A stretch of 64,000 nucleotides of DNA from Maricaulaceae bacterium (GCA_026126205.1 JAHCJP010000008.1:56391-120390); one strand, 5' to 3'; shown: positions 34,393 through 46,168, numbered from the stretch's first letter. Numbers and translations are program-made. The notes: generated from the sequence alone by a model not told the origin.

Positions 34393-35538
34393 TTACCCGA
34401 AAAGTCCTGTTCCTCGCGGTGGTTCGGCGTTGCGGTGGATATGGGCGCCGAGGATGAGGCCGAAACCGATCAGCACCGTGAGCATCACGGTGCCGCCATA
34501 GGAAATCAGCGGCAGCGGCACGCCGACCACGGGCAACAGCCCCATGACCATGCCGGCATTGATCAGAACGTACAGCGCGAAGGTGGTTCCCACTCCGATC
34601 ACCACCAGACGCAGGAAGATCGATTTGCAGACTGTGGCGATGGCCACCACGTTGGCCAGCACCAACGCGTAGACGGCCAGCACAGCGATCCCGCCGACGA
34701 AGCCGAACTCCTCGCCCAGCATGGTGAAAATGAAGTCTGTCTGTTTCTCGGGCAGGAAGTTGAGGTGCGATTGCGTGCCCTGCATGTAACCCTTGCCTGT
34801 CAGCCCGCCGGAGCCAAGGGCGATTTTGGACTGCAGGATGTGATAGCCTGCGCCCATCGGATCTTCCTCGGGGTTCAGGAAGGTCATGATCCGCCTGCGC
34901 TGATAGACCTCCAACCCGTAGGCGAGGAACAGCGGCAGGCCGACGGCCGCCGCGCCGGCTCCGGCGGCGATGATTTTCCAGCTCAGCCCGGCCATGAACA
35001 CGATTACGCCGCCCGTGACGATGACCAGCAGGGCGGTGCCGAGGTCCGGCTGTTTCAGGATCAGCGCCGCGGGCAGGGCGATCAGCACCGCCGGGATCAA
35101 CAGGCCGACGGGACCGTTCACTTTGTCAGGGTCGAGGTCATGATAGAAACGCGCCAGCGCCAGCACCAGCGCGATCTTCATCACTTCCGAGGGCTGCATT
35201 CGGACCGGGCCGATCTCCAGCCAGCGCTGGGCGCCGCCTACCGTGTGGCCGAACAGCTCCACCCCCACCAGCAGGACCAGCGCAGCGAGATAGACGGGAT
35301 AGGCCAGCCCCATCCAGAAACGCGGCGGGAACATCGCCACCGCCAGCATCAGCGCGATCCCGGCGGCGAACCGGATCACATGCCGGCTGGCCCAGGGGTC
35401 CCAGGCCCCGTCAGCCACCGAATACAGCATCGCGGTTCCGGTCAGCCCCAGCAGCGCCAGCAGCAGAACGATCGACCAGTTGATCTCATACAGCTTGGCG
35501 ACAACACCGCGCGGCACGGTTTCGCGAAAAATCGCCAT
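34393..35538 (-). CDS. rodA: Peptidoglycan glycosyltransferase RodA (SEDS family)
   Basis: QPSEVMKIALVLALA and FIFTMLGEEFGFVGG are present, and the position downstream of mrdA fits. The start is taken at MAIFRE (35538). Confidence 0.9.
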   Translation of the reverse strand: MAIFRETVPRGVVAKLYEINWSIVLLLALLGLTGTAMLYSVADGAWDPWASRHVIRFAAGIALMLAVAMFPPRFWMGLAYPVYLAALVLLVGVELFGHTVGGAQRWLEIGPVRMQPSEVMKIALVLALARFYHDLDPDKVNGPVGLLIPAVLIALPAALILKQPDLGTALLVIVTGGVIVFMAGLSWKIIAAGAGAAAVGLPLFLAYGLEVYQRRRIMTFLNPEEDPMGAGYHILQSKIALGSGGLTGKGYMQGTQSHLNFLPEKQTDFIFTMLGEEFGFVGGIAVLAVYALVLANVVAIATVCKSIFLRLVVIGVGTTFALYVLINAGMVMGLLPVVGVPLPLISYGGTVMLTVLIGFGLILGAHIHRNAEPPRGTGLFG

Positions 35539-35542
35539 CGCC

Positions 35543-37408
35543 CTACCCCTCCCGCGAACGTTGCGCGCCGATGCGGGCGAGGTCACCTTCCCGCCCGCTG
35601 GGATCACGCTCGATCAGGCGGCGCAGGATGTCCCGCGCCGGCGGCGCGGCGGCGCGTGAACCGCCGCCGCCATGCTCGATAATGGTTGCGACGCAGTATT
35701 TCGGGGCGTCGGAAGGCGCGTAACAGACGAAAAGGCCATGGTCCCGCAAGCGCCAGGGCAGCTGGTCCTGGGTGCGCACGCCCTGTTCGCGCTCCTGCCG
35801 GGTGATGGAATAGACCTGTGAGGTTCCGGTCTTGCCCGCCATGCGCACGCCGGGAATTCCGAGACCGCCGAGCGCGAAGGATGTGCCGCCAGGTTCATGG
35901 CACACCGCCTCCAGCGCGTCGTGCATGCGGGCGAGGTGGGCCGCGTTCACCCCCAGCATCGGCGCCGGCTCGGCTGGAACCCGGTCGCGATAGAGCACTG
36001 GATTCACCGCCCTGCCGCTGGCGAAGCGGGCCGTCATCACCGCCAGATGCAGGGGCGAGGCCAGCATGTAGCCTTGCCCGATGGCGCTGATCAGCGTCTC
36101 GCCCAGCGACCAGCCCTGGCCGAAGCGGGCGCGTTTCCATTGTTCGTCCGGGACGATGCCAGCCCGCACACCGGCGACGCCGATGTCTGGCGCCGGACCC
36201 AGACCGAACCGTTGCAGCATGTCGCGAATGCGGCCGATGCCGAGGCGCTGGGCGACCTCATAGAAATACACGTCGCAGGATGTCTTCACCCCGTCGCGCA
36301 TGTTGACGCGGCCATGGCCCTGCCGCCGCCAGCAGTGGAACTGGCGGTCGCCGAGCGTGATATGGCCGCGGCAAGAAACGGCCTCTTCCGGACGCATCAC
36401 CCCGGCCTCAAGCGCCGCCAGCGCGACGATCATCTTGATCGTCGATCCGGGCGGATAGGTTCCCTGGATCGACTTGTTGAACAGCGGACGGCGCTCGTTG
36501 TTCTGCAGGGCGTTAAAATTCGCCGCGGAAATGCCTGTCACGAACAGGTTGGGATCGAAGCCGGGCGTGGAGACCAGCGCCAGAATCTCGCCGGTGTTGA
36601 CGTCCATCGCCACTGTCGCGCCGCTTTCGCCGCTCATACGTTCGGTGGCGAAGCGCTGGATATCAGCGTCGAGGGTCAGGCGGATATCGTCGCCCGGCGT
36701 CGGTGGAATCGACTGATCCGGCAATTCGCGAATCACGCGACCGAAGGCGTTGACCTCCACCTTCAGCGAGCCAGCCGCGCCGCGAAGCTCCTCGTCCCGC
36801 GCCAACTCGACACCGGCCCGTCCGATCCTGAAACCGGGGTGGCGCAAAAGACGATCATTTCCGGCCTGTTCCTCGCTGGCGGGCTGAACATAGCCAAGGA
36901 CATGCGAAAACGCCGGGCCAAAGGGGTAATCGCGAACCTCGGCCACGTCCGGTGACACTCCAGCCAGCTCCGGCGCATGTAGATTGATGGCGGCGAAAGT
37001 CTCCCAGTCCAGGTCCTCGGCCACTAGCACCGGCCGGAAGCCCGGCCCCCGACGCGCGGTGTCGATAATGCGGCGCTGCTGGTCCTCGCTTAATGGCATG
37101 AGGCCCGCCAGCCTGCGAACCGCCGCGCTCACGTCTCCCGCCTGCTCTGGGGTCAGCATCACGCGATAGCTGTCACGATTATCGGCCACCGGCTCTCCGA
37201 ACCGGTCCAGCACGCGGCCGCGTGGCGGCGGGATCAGCCTGAAGCTGAACTGGTTGCCGTCAGAGAGGACCCGGTAACGTTCGCTTTCAAGAATCTGCAG
37301 CGTGTAGAGCCGCGCCCCGAGCGCACCGAACGCCAGCAGCCCGGCTCCTGAGAGCAACAACGCCCGCCGCGTGAATTTCAGATCGTATTCCTGGCGGTCA
37401 CGGCGCAT
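35543..37408 (-). CDS. mrdA: Penicillin-binding protein 2 (elongasome transpeptidase)
   Basis: The active site SxxK reads PPGSTIKM. STPGFDPNLF and KTGTSQV (KTG box) are also present. Confidence 0.92.
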   Translation of the reverse strand: MRRDRQEYDLKFTRRALLLSGAGLLAFGALGARLYTLQILESERYRVLSDGNQFSFRLIPPPRGRVLDRFGEPVADNRDSYRVMLTPEQAGDVSAAVRRLAGLMPLSEDQQRRIIDTARRGPGFRPVLVAEDLDWETFAAINLHAPELAGVSPDVAEVRDYPFGPAFSHVLGYVQPASEEQAGNDRLLRHPGFRIGRAGVELARDEELRGAAGSLKVEVNAFGRVIRELPDQSIPPTPGDDIRLTLDADIQRFATERMSGESGATVAMDVNTGEILALVSTPGFDPNLFVTGISAANFNALQNNERRPLFNKSIQGTYPPGSTIKMIVALAALEAGVMRPEEAVSCRGHITLGDRQFHCWRRQGHGRVNMRDGVKTSCDVYFYEVAQRLGIGRIRDMLQRFGLGPAPDIGVAGVRAGIVPDEQWKRARFGQGWSLGETLISAIGQGYMLASPLHLAVMTARFASGRAVNPVLYRDRVPAEPAPMLGVNAAHLARMHDALEAVCHEPGGTSFALGGLGIPGVRMAGKTGTSQVYSITRQEREQGVRTQDQLPWRLRDHGLFVCYAPSDAPKYCVATIIEHGGGGSRAAAPPARDILRRLIERDPSGREGDLARIGAQRSREG

Positions 37409-37417
37409 TGCAGCAGC

Positions 37418-37930
37418 CTACAATATTCCGGTGCGTGGAGCTCGGCCCCGCAACACCAACATCGCCACCAGCGGAAACATCAGAGCCGTCGACACCGCTT
37501 CGATCAGCAACGAGCGCACTGGCGCAAGCGCGCCAACCGCAAGGCTGCCCACCACCCAGGCCACGACGACCGAAATCGCCAGAACACCCGAAAAGCGCAG
37601 CCACAAAGGCAACACCTCGCGGACCGGCGAATCTTCTTTCCGGTCGCGCAAGATCGCCATCGCTGTCAGATAAGCCAGCGCCCAAACGCCCATCGGACCG
37701 CCGGTCAGCACGTCCTGCGCGACACCGATGGCGAAGATGGCGATAGGGGGCATGAAGCGCGGCCGTAGCGACGCCCACAGGAATATCGACATCAGCGGAA
37801 GCAACGGCATCAGGTCCGGCCCGCCGGTGATCCGCGCTGGCGTGGCGTGAAAGATCAGCGCGGCCAGCGTGACAAATACGCTGAGAGCAATGGTCCAGTA
37901 CGGTGGGCGGCGGTCGATCGGCGTCCTCAT
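37418..37930 (-). CDS. mreD: Rod shape-determining protein MreD
   Basis: A small polytopic membrane protein between mreC and mrdA. Its start overlaps the mreC stop. Confidence 0.8.
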   Translation of the reverse strand: MRTPIDRRPPYWTIALSVFVTLAALIFHATPARITGGPDLMPLLPLMSIFLWASLRPRFMPPIAIFAIGVAQDVLTGGPMGVWALAYLTAMAILRDRKEDSPVREVLPLWLRFSGVLAISVVVAWVVGSLAVGALAPVRSLLIEAVSTALMFPLVAMLVLRGRAPRTGIL

Positions 37931-38889
37931 GACTCCTCCTCGTCCTCCTCCACGACCGATTGCGGTTGCGGCGCCGGCTCCGCCTGCACCACCGGGGCCG
38001 GCGACTCCAGGCGCAAGGGTTCGAACGTCAGCGCATCCCGGTCCTGTTCAGGCGGGGGCACGCGCTCGTATGGGAACACCCAGACGAAATCGACCGGCGC
38101 GAGATCCGAGAACAGTTGCACCCGCCAGCGCCCGTGCCGGTCGCGTATCGCCTGACCGACCGGCAGGCCGCGCGGCAGCACGCCGTCGTCGCCGGACGTG
38201 ACGATGCGGTCTCCGTCGATCAGGTCGGCTTCACGTCCGATATACTCCATGACCGGAAACGGCGTGTTGTCGCCAGCCAGAACGGCGCGCGCGTTGCTGC
38301 GGTCGGCCATTACCGGAACCCGGCTGTTCAGATCAGTCAGCAGCAGGACGCGTGAGGACCGGCGACCGGTCTCCACCACCCGGCCCACAAGCCCGTAGAC
38401 ATTCAGAACCGGATGCCCCGCCTGCACGCCCCGGTTTTCACCCGCCCCGATCAGGCGCGAACGTACGAAAGGCCCCTGCGGGTCGGCGATCACCCAAGCG
38501 CCGACACGTTCGCGCGCGACGGGCGCGTCAAGGTTCAGGGCCTCTTCATACACCTCCACCTGATCGCGAAGCCTGAAGGCCAGGTCGCGCCAGTAGCGGG
38601 CCTCGTTCAGCTCCTGCCGCAAACGCGCATTTTCGTCGGCCAGGGCCGCCTGGTTGCGAAAATACGGGCCGACATTGCGAATCCGCCGCAGCGGGTCCCC
38701 TGCAAGCGCGAGCATGGGAGATGCCAAGTCGACGACAGTAGCGCGGAATACGCTGAACACCTGCGGGCGCACATCAGGACGATCAAAAACGATGAGACCG
38801 ATGCTGGCGAGAAACAGAAGCGCGCTGAGCGTGCGGGAAAACCGCACGCCCTCATCCTGATTGCTGCGTCCGCCACGTCGAAGCGCCAC
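37927..38889 (-). CDS. mreC: Rod shape-determining protein MreC
   Basis: An N-terminal TM and coiled-coil (ENARLRQELNEARYW) are followed by beta-barrel domains and a Pro/Glu-rich tail. Confidence 0.88.
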   Translation of the reverse strand: MALRRGGRSNQDEGVRFSRTLSALLFLASIGLIVFDRPDVRPQVFSVFRATVVDLASPMLALAGDPLRRIRNVGPYFRNQAALADENARLRQELNEARYWRDLAFRLRDQVEVYEEALNLDAPVARERVGAWVIADPQGPFVRSRLIGAGENRGVQAGHPVLNVYGLVGRVVETGRRSSRVLLLTDLNSRVPVMADRSNARAVLAGDNTPFPVMEYIGREADLIDGDRIVTSGDDGVLPRGLPVGQAIRDRHGRWRVQLFSDLAPVDFVWVFPYERVPPPEQDRDALTFEPLRLESPAPVVQAEPAPQPQSVVEEDEEES

Positions 38890-38932
38890 GGTTTTTCTCC
38901 CCGCGCTCGCCGTCTACGGCCTTGCGGCCGGA

Positions 38933-40018
<1,086 letters not shown>

Positions 40019-40081
40019 TCAATGGATTTTCCCTTGTGCGACGGCGCGGGCGCGAAAGCAAGCGTGCGGCGCCTTCGCCTG

Positions 40082-40801
40082 TCAGGAGTCTTCAGGGCCG
40101 GCAGTTTCGCGCGACCGGGGCAGCCGACGCCGCGCCACCAGCATGATTGCAATCCACACAGCAACCGCCAGCAGCATCGCGCCGGCAAGTAGCAGTCCCT
40201 GCCCTGCCGCCATGGCCATGATGCTCTGACCGGTCAGGGCGACGACCAGGATTTTCGGCGCAATGCCGATGCCCGTGCCGGTAAAGAAAGCCCAGTAGGG
40301 CGTCGGGGACACCCCGAAAGCCATGTTAACGACGATGAACGGCCCGGCCGGCACGATGCGCACCATGGCGCTGGCCCACAGCCCGTTGCGGCCGACGATG
40401 TCCGACACCCGGTTGGCCCAGTCGCCGCCATAACGGCGCAGGATGTCTGCCCCGAACAGGCGGCCGAGCCAGAAGTTCACCCCAGCCGACACTTGGGTGG
40501 CGATCCAGGCGAATAAGAACCCCTGCACCGGCCCGAAAGCCAGCACTGCTGCGGCCATCAGAGCGAATTGCGGCGCGCCGACGAATGACAGCAGAGTGAA
40601 AATCAGGATCGTCGCCGGCAGGGCGTACCATTGGCTGGCGGCGTCCGCGAACCATCGCCCCGCCTCACCTGCGTCGATCCCGAACAGGTAGCGTCCGGCG
40701 ATGAAGATCGCTCCCACAACCATGAAAAGGCCGATAGACACCACCACAGCACGCGCGGCGCGAGCGTCCATGCTGGTAGCGAATTTCCAGAACTTGTTCA
40801 C
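40082..40801 (-). CDS. TVP38/TMEM64 (DedA-related, VTT domain) membrane protein
   Basis: The VTT-like core reads FVGAPQFALMAAAVLAFGPVQGFLFAWIATQVSAGVNFWLGR. The GTG start overlaps the upstream stop (GTGA). Confidence 0.75.
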   Translation of the reverse strand: MNKFWKFATSMDARAARAVVVSIGLFMVVGAIFIAGRYLFGIDAGEAGRWFADAASQWYALPATILIFTLLSFVGAPQFALMAAAVLAFGPVQGFLFAWIATQVSAGVNFWLGRLFGADILRRYGGDWANRVSDIVGRNGLWASAMVRIVPAGPFIVVNMAFGVSPTPYWAFFTGTGIGIAPKILVVALTGQSIMAMAAGQGLLLAGAMLLAVAVWIAIMLVARRRLPRSRETAGPEDS

Positions 40802-41307
40802 TCTTTGCCCTTGAACAGCGGATCGCGCTCGCCGGACGCGATGCGGGCGAGCTTCGCCCGCTTGCGGGCCATAAGCGCAAGGTGCGCGTCCAGCAACTCC
40901 AGAATTTCTCTCGCCTCGGCGGCGTCAACTTCGCCGGGAGACCCGCCTGTTTCACCGAGCGCGTCCATTAGCGCGGATATCTTGCGGGCATGGCGGCGGC
41001 TGGCCTCACTGGCCAGCGTCAGCCAGGTGGCGTCGCCGACTTCCACCTCCAGCGGCATGAACAGGCCTCCGGCGCGCAGCGCCAGGTCCTTGGCCGCGGT
41101 GCTGGCGCGGGCCGCTTCGGTCAGCTTCGCCACCCGGGCGTAGGAGATTTCATTCGAGGAGTCGGGGTCGGAGAGCGCATAGACCCGGGTGCGGGACATC
41201 TCCAGAATGTCCATCACCGCCGGTACGCCGCCGGCCTCCTCGAACAGGCGCGCGACCACCGCTTTCGGCTCTCCGTACGGACGCGACTTGACCGGCTTGA
41301 AAGTCAT
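40798..41307 (-). CDS. Hypothetical protein
   Basis: 169 aa with host-like codon bias. I recognise no motif. It is translationally coupled to the downstream membrane protein. Confidence 0.55.
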   Translation of the reverse strand: MTFKPVKSRPYGEPKAVVARLFEEAGGVPAVMDILEMSRTRVYALSDPDSSNEISYARVAKLTEAARASTAAKDLALRAGGLFMPLEVEVGDATWLTLASEASRRHARKISALMDALGETGGSPGEVDAAEAREILELLDAHLALMARKRAKLARIASGERDPLFKGKE

Positions 41308-41392
41308 CCCCGGCGCTCCTTCAACGAAAGCGGGAACGGTAATTCATCCTGCGGGGCGGGAAAACCAATCTGTCCGCCGTCTTTCCAAACTT

Positions 41393-42313
41393 TCATCTTG
41401 CGACGGACAGCTGCGTCAGGGCGGCGTCCACATCCGGCCCGGGCAGGCGCGGCCAGTCCGCGCAGCGGTTGCGAAACCAGGTCAGTTGCCGTTTGGCGTA
41501 GCGGCGCGTGCCGGTGATGCTGTGCGTACGCGCCTGCTCAGGCGTCAGCTCCCCCCTCAACTGTGCGAAAAGCGGCGCCACGCCCAGCGCCTTCATGGCG
41601 GGCAGGTCTGCGCTCAGCCCCCGCGCCATCAGCTCCCGCGCCTCGTCCAGCGCGCCTTCGGTCAGCATGAGGTCGAAGCGCGCGGCGATGCAGGTGCGCA
41701 ATTCATCCCGGTCCGGCTCAATCACCAGCCCCGCCCAATCGTCGCGGAGCAGCGCCGGAACAGTTGCAGCCTGCCACTCACTCAGCGGCCGCCCCGTTGT
41801 CCAGATGACTTCCAGAACGCGCCTCAACCGCTGGCGGTCAGCTCCCTTCACCTTAGCGGCGGCGGCGGGGTCCACTCGTTCGGCCTCCGTGCGCAGGGCC
41901 TCCGACCCGCCTTCGTCATCAAGCTTCGCAACGCGGTTGCGAACAGCCTGCGATGCCGGGGGAATCTCCGCCAACCCCTCGGTCAGCGCCGAAAAATACA
42001 GGCCCGTGCCCCCCGCGAATACCGGAACCCGCCCACGCGCCCGGATATCCTTGATCAGCCGCGCCGCCTCGCCCGCCCACCAGCCGGCCGACCCGCGCTC
42101 CGCCGGGTCCAGAACGCCGAACAAATGATGAGGAACGTCGCGCCTCTCCGCGGATTTCGGCTGGGCGGAAAGGATTTCAAGGCCGCGATAGACCTGCATG
42201 GAATCGGCGTTGACCACCTCGCCGCCTAGCCGCGCTGCGATGGCGACGGCCAGCTTGGTCTTGCCCGAGGCGGTCGGCCCGCCGATGAGAATGACCGGCG
42301 TTTGCGCGCTCAA
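41393..42313 (-). CDS. miaA: tRNA dimethylallyltransferase
   Basis: The P-loop is GGPTASGKT, followed by ADSMQVYRGLEILSAQP. Confidence 0.92.
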   Translation of the reverse strand: MSAQTPVILIGGPTASGKTKLAVAIAARLGGEVVNADSMQVYRGLEILSAQPKSAERRDVPHHLFGVLDPAERGSAGWWAGEAARLIKDIRARGRVPVFAGGTGLYFSALTEGLAEIPPASQAVRNRVAKLDDEGGSEALRTEAERVDPAAAAKVKGADRQRLRRVLEVIWTTGRPLSEWQAATVPALLRDDWAGLVIEPDRDELRTCIAARFDLMLTEGALDEARELMARGLSADLPAMKALGVAPLFAQLRGELTPEQARTHSITGTRRYAKRQLTWFRNRCADWPRLPGPDVDAALTQLSVAR

Positions 42314-43719
42314 GGCCGGATCGTCTGCAGCACGAACTGCCCGCCGCGGTTCAGCACGAATAGCACCGCGGCGCGGGACGGACCGGAAGCCTCCTGCGCA
42401 AGGCGGCGAGCGTCCTGCGGCGTCTCCACCGGCGTCCAGGCGATTTCCTCGATCACATCCCCCGGGCGTATCTTGCCGGCGGCGTCACTTTGCGGGTCGA
42501 CGGCGGTCACCAGCACGCCGCGCGCGTCCGCGTGCACACGCCAGCGGCGGCGCGCGGCGTCATCCAGCGGAGCCAAGGTGAGGCCAAAAACAGTCACGCC
42601 GCCGGAGGGCTGCGGCGACGGCTGCGCAGGCTCACGCGCGCCGCCACGCGTCTGTGTTGAGGACGGCGTCTCCGTCAGCCGGGCCACGGTTGCATTCAAC
42701 GTCATCGGCTCGCCCCGGCGCAGGATCTCCACCCGCACCCGGCGGCCGATCTGGGTCTCGGCCACCATGCGCGGCAGGGATCGGCTGTCGGGCACGGCGC
42801 GGCCGTCGAACCGCAGGATCAGGTCACCGGGACGCAGCCCCGCTTGTTCACCGGGACCACCCGCCTCAATGCGGCTGACGATAGCGCCGCGCGGCGCGTC
42901 TAGGCCGTACCCCCCGGCCAGCGCCGCGGTCACCGGCTGCACGCTGACGCCCAGCCAGCCGCGCCGGGTCTCGCCGAACTCCAGCAGTTGCGCCACAACC
43001 GGGCGGACGATCGAGGACGGCGCGGCGAAACTGATCCCGACATTGGCCCCGGTAGGCGAGTAGATGGCTGTATTCACGCCGATCACCCGCCCGTCCATGT
43101 TGAACAGCGGCCCGCCGGAATTGCCCTGGTTGATGGCGACGTCGGTCTGGATGTAATCATCGAAGCGGCCGCCGATCTCGCGCCCGCGCGCCGAGATCAC
43201 GCCTGCGGTCAATGAGCCGCCGAGTCCGAACGGGTTGCCGATGGCGATCACCCATTCGCCGACGCGCGCGGCGTCGGAATCGCCAAAGCTGACGAATGGC
43301 AGAGGGTCCGGAGAAGCGATGCGCAACACCGCAATGTCCGTCGCCGCGTCACGGCCGACGATTTCGGCCGGGAATACCCGGCCGTCCTGCAGCGTCACCT
43401 CCACCTCGTCGGCGCCATCGATGACATGGTTATTGGTCACAACCACGCCGTTGGCTTCGATGATGAAGCCAGAGCCAAGCGAGTTTGCGATGCGCGGGCT
43501 GTCGCCGAACAGTTCGTTGAAACGCTCCAGCGGCGAACCCTGCGGAAAGGACGGCAGCCGCTCCGAGCGGCCAAGGCGCTGGGCGGCGGCGATATTGACC
43601 ACAGCTGGGGACAGACGCTCATTCAGTTCGGCGAACCCCGCCGGCGCGCGTTGCGGCTGCGCCAGCACCGGCGAGGCGGCGACGGCAATCAGCATGGCGG
43701 CGGCGATCAAGACGCGCAT
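42310..43719 (-). CDS. degP: Periplasmic serine endoprotease DegP/DegQ (HtrA family)
   Basis: TNNHV (His), TDVAINQGNSGGPLF (Ser) and two PDZ domains are present. The signal peptide starts at MRVLIAAAML. Confidence 0.92.
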   Translation of the reverse strand: MRVLIAAAMLIAVAASPVLAQPQRAPAGFAELNERLSPAVVNIAAAQRLGRSERLPSFPQGSPLERFNELFGDSPRIANSLGSGFIIEANGVVVTNNHVIDGADEVEVTLQDGRVFPAEIVGRDAATDIAVLRIASPDPLPFVSFGDSDAARVGEWVIAIGNPFGLGGSLTAGVISARGREIGGRFDDYIQTDVAINQGNSGGPLFNMDGRVIGVNTAIYSPTGANVGISFAAPSSIVRPVVAQLLEFGETRRGWLGVSVQPVTAALAGGYGLDAPRGAIVSRIEAGGPGEQAGLRPGDLILRFDGRAVPDSRSLPRMVAETQIGRRVRVEILRRGEPMTLNATVARLTETPSSTQTRGGAREPAQPSPQPSGGVTVFGLTLAPLDDAARRRWRVHADARGVLVTAVDPQSDAAGKIRPGDVIEEIAWTPVETPQDARRLAQEASGPSRAAVLFVLNRGGQFVLQTIRP

Positions 43720-43798
43720 CGGCGGCTTTCCCCAGTCCTGCAACGGTTAACCAAGACGTCATGTAGCCCCGGTGGAGCGCCGGGACAACCGCTCGCCG

Positions 43799-43987
43799 CT
43801 AGCGCAGCATGAACGCCACCAGCGCCACACCGCCCGCCAGCGCGATCACCCCGGCGATCCTCAGCGAAGAGTCAGGCGATTGCAGGGCCATCGCCATGAA
43901 GCGCTTCATCGCGCCGGGGGCGAGGGCGTAGGCAGCGCCTTCCAGCGCCATGGCCACGCCCAGCCCGATCAGCAATGCCTCCAGCAC
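43799..43987 (-). CDS. DUF2065 (YjeT-like) small membrane protein
   Basis: 62 aa with two hydrophobic helices. It occupies the conserved position downstream of hflC. Confidence 0.7.
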   Translation of the reverse strand: MLEALLIGLGVAMALEGAAYALAPGAMKRFMAMALQSPDSSLRIAGVIALAGGVALVAFMLR

Positions 43988-43993
43988 TTGCGG

Positions 43994-44896
43994 TCAGCGT
44001 CCTGGTCCGCCTGCACCCCGTTCGCTGCGGAAGTAACGGAAGAACTCGCTGTCCGGCGGAATCACGATCGGCGTCCCGGCGCGCAGCGCCTCCTCATAAG
44101 CCGTCATTGAGCGGTAGAAGGAGAAGAACTCCGCATCCCGGCCATAGGCGGCGGCGTAGATCGCGTTGCGGCGACCGTCGCCCTCGCCGCGGATCCGTTC
44201 GGCCTCGGCCCGCGCCTCGGCGCGGATGACTGTGGCCTGACGATCGGCGTCGGCGCGGATTTCTCGGGCGCGTTGTTCGCCCTCGGCGCGGATCTGTTCG
44301 GCCCGCTGGCGGCGTTCGGACGACATGCGCTGGAAAACGCGGCTGGCGATCTGCTGCGGCAGGTCAGCGCGGCGGATGCGCACGTCGATCACCTCGATGC
44401 CAAGGCCCTGTTCGTTCACCTGGGTGTCCACAGCCTGGCGTATGCGCACCATCAGCGCGGCGCGCTGACCGGAGATCACATCGCGCGAGGGGATAGAGCC
44501 GATCACTCCCCGCAGGCTCGATTCCAGGATCGGACCCAGGCGGCCGCGGGCGCCGTCTTCATTGCGCAGGCGCTGATAGAAGATAAGCGGATCAACGATG
44601 CGATAGCGCAGGAAGGCGTCGACCACCAGGCGTTCCTGGTCGTCGGACTGGATTTCTTCCGAAGCCAGTTCGAAATCGAGATTGCGCTTGTCGAAAAACA
44701 GCACGTTCTCGATGAACGGCAGCTTGAAGTGCAGGCCCGGATTGCTGTGGCCCTGCTGGTTGATCACCCGCACCGGCTCGCCGAGGCGCAGCACCACGGC
44801 CTGTTCGATTTCGCTGACCCGGAACATGCTGTTCAGGCCGACGAAACCGGCGGCGATCAAGATGATGACGAGTATCATGCTGATGGAGCGGGTCAT
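43994..44896 (-). CDS. hflC: Protease modulator HflC
   Basis: The SPFH/band-7 domain is followed by an RAEGE-rich region. Its start overlaps the hflK stop. Confidence 0.92.
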   Translation of the reverse strand: MTRSISMILVIILIAAGFVGLNSMFRVSEIEQAVVLRLGEPVRVINQQGHSNPGLHFKLPFIENVLFFDKRNLDFELASEEIQSDDQERLVVDAFLRYRIVDPLIFYQRLRNEDGARGRLGPILESSLRGVIGSIPSRDVISGQRAALMVRIRQAVDTQVNEQGLGIEVIDVRIRRADLPQQIASRVFQRMSSERRQRAEQIRAEGEQRAREIRADADRQATVIRAEARAEAERIRGEGDGRRNAIYAAAYGRDAEFFSFYRSMTAYEEALRAGTPIVIPPDSEFFRYFRSERGAGGPGR

Positions 44897-46092
44897 TGGC
44901 CGGCCTCCCTCTGGGTGCGCTGGACACGGTCCTGGCCCAACCGGTCAAGCGGCAGGTAGGGCACCGCGCCGCCGCCAGAGTCGAGAATCAGCAGATCGGA
45001 CCGGCCGATCACCAGCTCCATGGTCTCCAGGAACATCCGCCGCCGGGTCACGTCCGGCGCCAAGCGGTATTCGTCGTAGATGCTGTTGAAGCGGGCGGCC
45101 TGGCCCTCGGCTTCGGCGACCACCCGGTCGCGATAGCCCTGCGCGTTTTGCAGTTCGCGGGCCGCGTCGCCCCGTGCTTCCGGGATGATGCGATTGGAAT
45201 AGGCCGTGGCGTCCAGCGCCAGCCGCTCGGCGTCCTGGGCCGCGGCGATGACGTCGCGGAAAGCCTCAATCACCTCGCCGGGCGGGTCGGCCTTCTGCAG
45301 CTGCACCTCCAGGATCTGCACCCCGGTGTTATAGCTATTGAGGGTCTCCTGCATGATGGCGCGCACGCGGCGAGCGACGTTCTGGCGTTCGCGGGTGATC
45401 AGCGGCTCCAGCTCGGTGGAGCCGACTACCTCGCGCATGGCGCTTTCGGCGACGGCCTTGATCGCCGCTTCCGGCCGGCGGACGTTGAACAGGAAGTCGC
45501 GCACGCCGTCCGGGCGCTCTGGATTGCCGTAGTCGACACGCCACTGAACCGTGAAGTTGATGTCGACGATGTTCTCGTCGCGGGTCAGCATCAGCGCCTC
45601 CTGCGCCACGGTCTGCCCGGTACGCGGATTGACGCCGACGATGATGCTGTGAACCGTCGTCACCTCGGGCAGCAGCACCGTCTCCACCGGCCAGGGCAGT
45701 TTCAGATGGAAGCCCGGCCCGGTCGTGCGCTGATACTCGCCGAAGCGCAGGATCACGCCGGCCTGTTCGGGGCGAACCTGATACCAGCCGGAATTCGGCC
45801 AGCCGACCCAGAGCAGCGCCGCCAGCACCAGGATCATGCCGAGGCCGGAGGCCCCGAATCCCTTGCCGCCGCCCTTGCCGCCGCCGCTTCCACGCCCGCC
45901 GCCGCCGAAAGCGCGGCGCAGGCCGCGCTGCATGCTGGCGATCAGCTCGTCAAGGTCCGGCGGCTCCTGCCCGCCACCGCCCCCGCCGCCCTGGCCGCCA
46001 GGCCGGCCCCAGGGATTGTTCGGGTCACGGCCGCCGCCGGGGCCAGAGCCCCAGGGGCCGCCATTGCCGCCGCTTTTGTCGTTCCAAGGCAT
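44893..46092 (-). CDS. hflK: Protease modulator HflK
   Basis: A Gly-rich N-terminus (MPWNDKSGGNGGPWG) and a TM are followed by an SPFH domain. Confidence 0.9.
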   Translation of the reverse strand: MPWNDKSGGNGGPWGSGPGGGRDPNNPWGRPGGQGGGGGGGQEPPDLDELIASMQRGLRRAFGGGGRGSGGGKGGGKGFGASGLGMILVLAALLWVGWPNSGWYQVRPEQAGVILRFGEYQRTTGPGFHLKLPWPVETVLLPEVTTVHSIIVGVNPRTGQTVAQEALMLTRDENIVDINFTVQWRVDYGNPERPDGVRDFLFNVRRPEAAIKAVAESAMREVVGSTELEPLITRERQNVARRVRAIMQETLNSYNTGVQILEVQLQKADPPGEVIEAFRDVIAAAQDAERLALDATAYSNRIIPEARGDAARELQNAQGYRDRVVAEAEGQAARFNSIYDEYRLAPDVTRRRMFLETMELVIGRSDLLILDSGGGAVPYLPLDRLGQDRVQRTQREAGQ

Positions 46093-46168
46093 CGGATATC
46101 GCACTCCTGAACGGATGTCGGATTTGTATTAGGACGCGAGCGCCCCAAGGTTCAAGACAAACCGGCTG

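Noticed and set aside
34435-35682. 415-aa plus-strand ORF
   Set aside because: It is antisense to rodA. The composition is His/Arg/Gln/Asp-rich and lacks the hydrophobic pattern or any motif. It is a shadow ORF.
44896-46110. 404-aa plus-strand ORF
   Set aside because: It is antisense to hflK. It is a shadow ORF.
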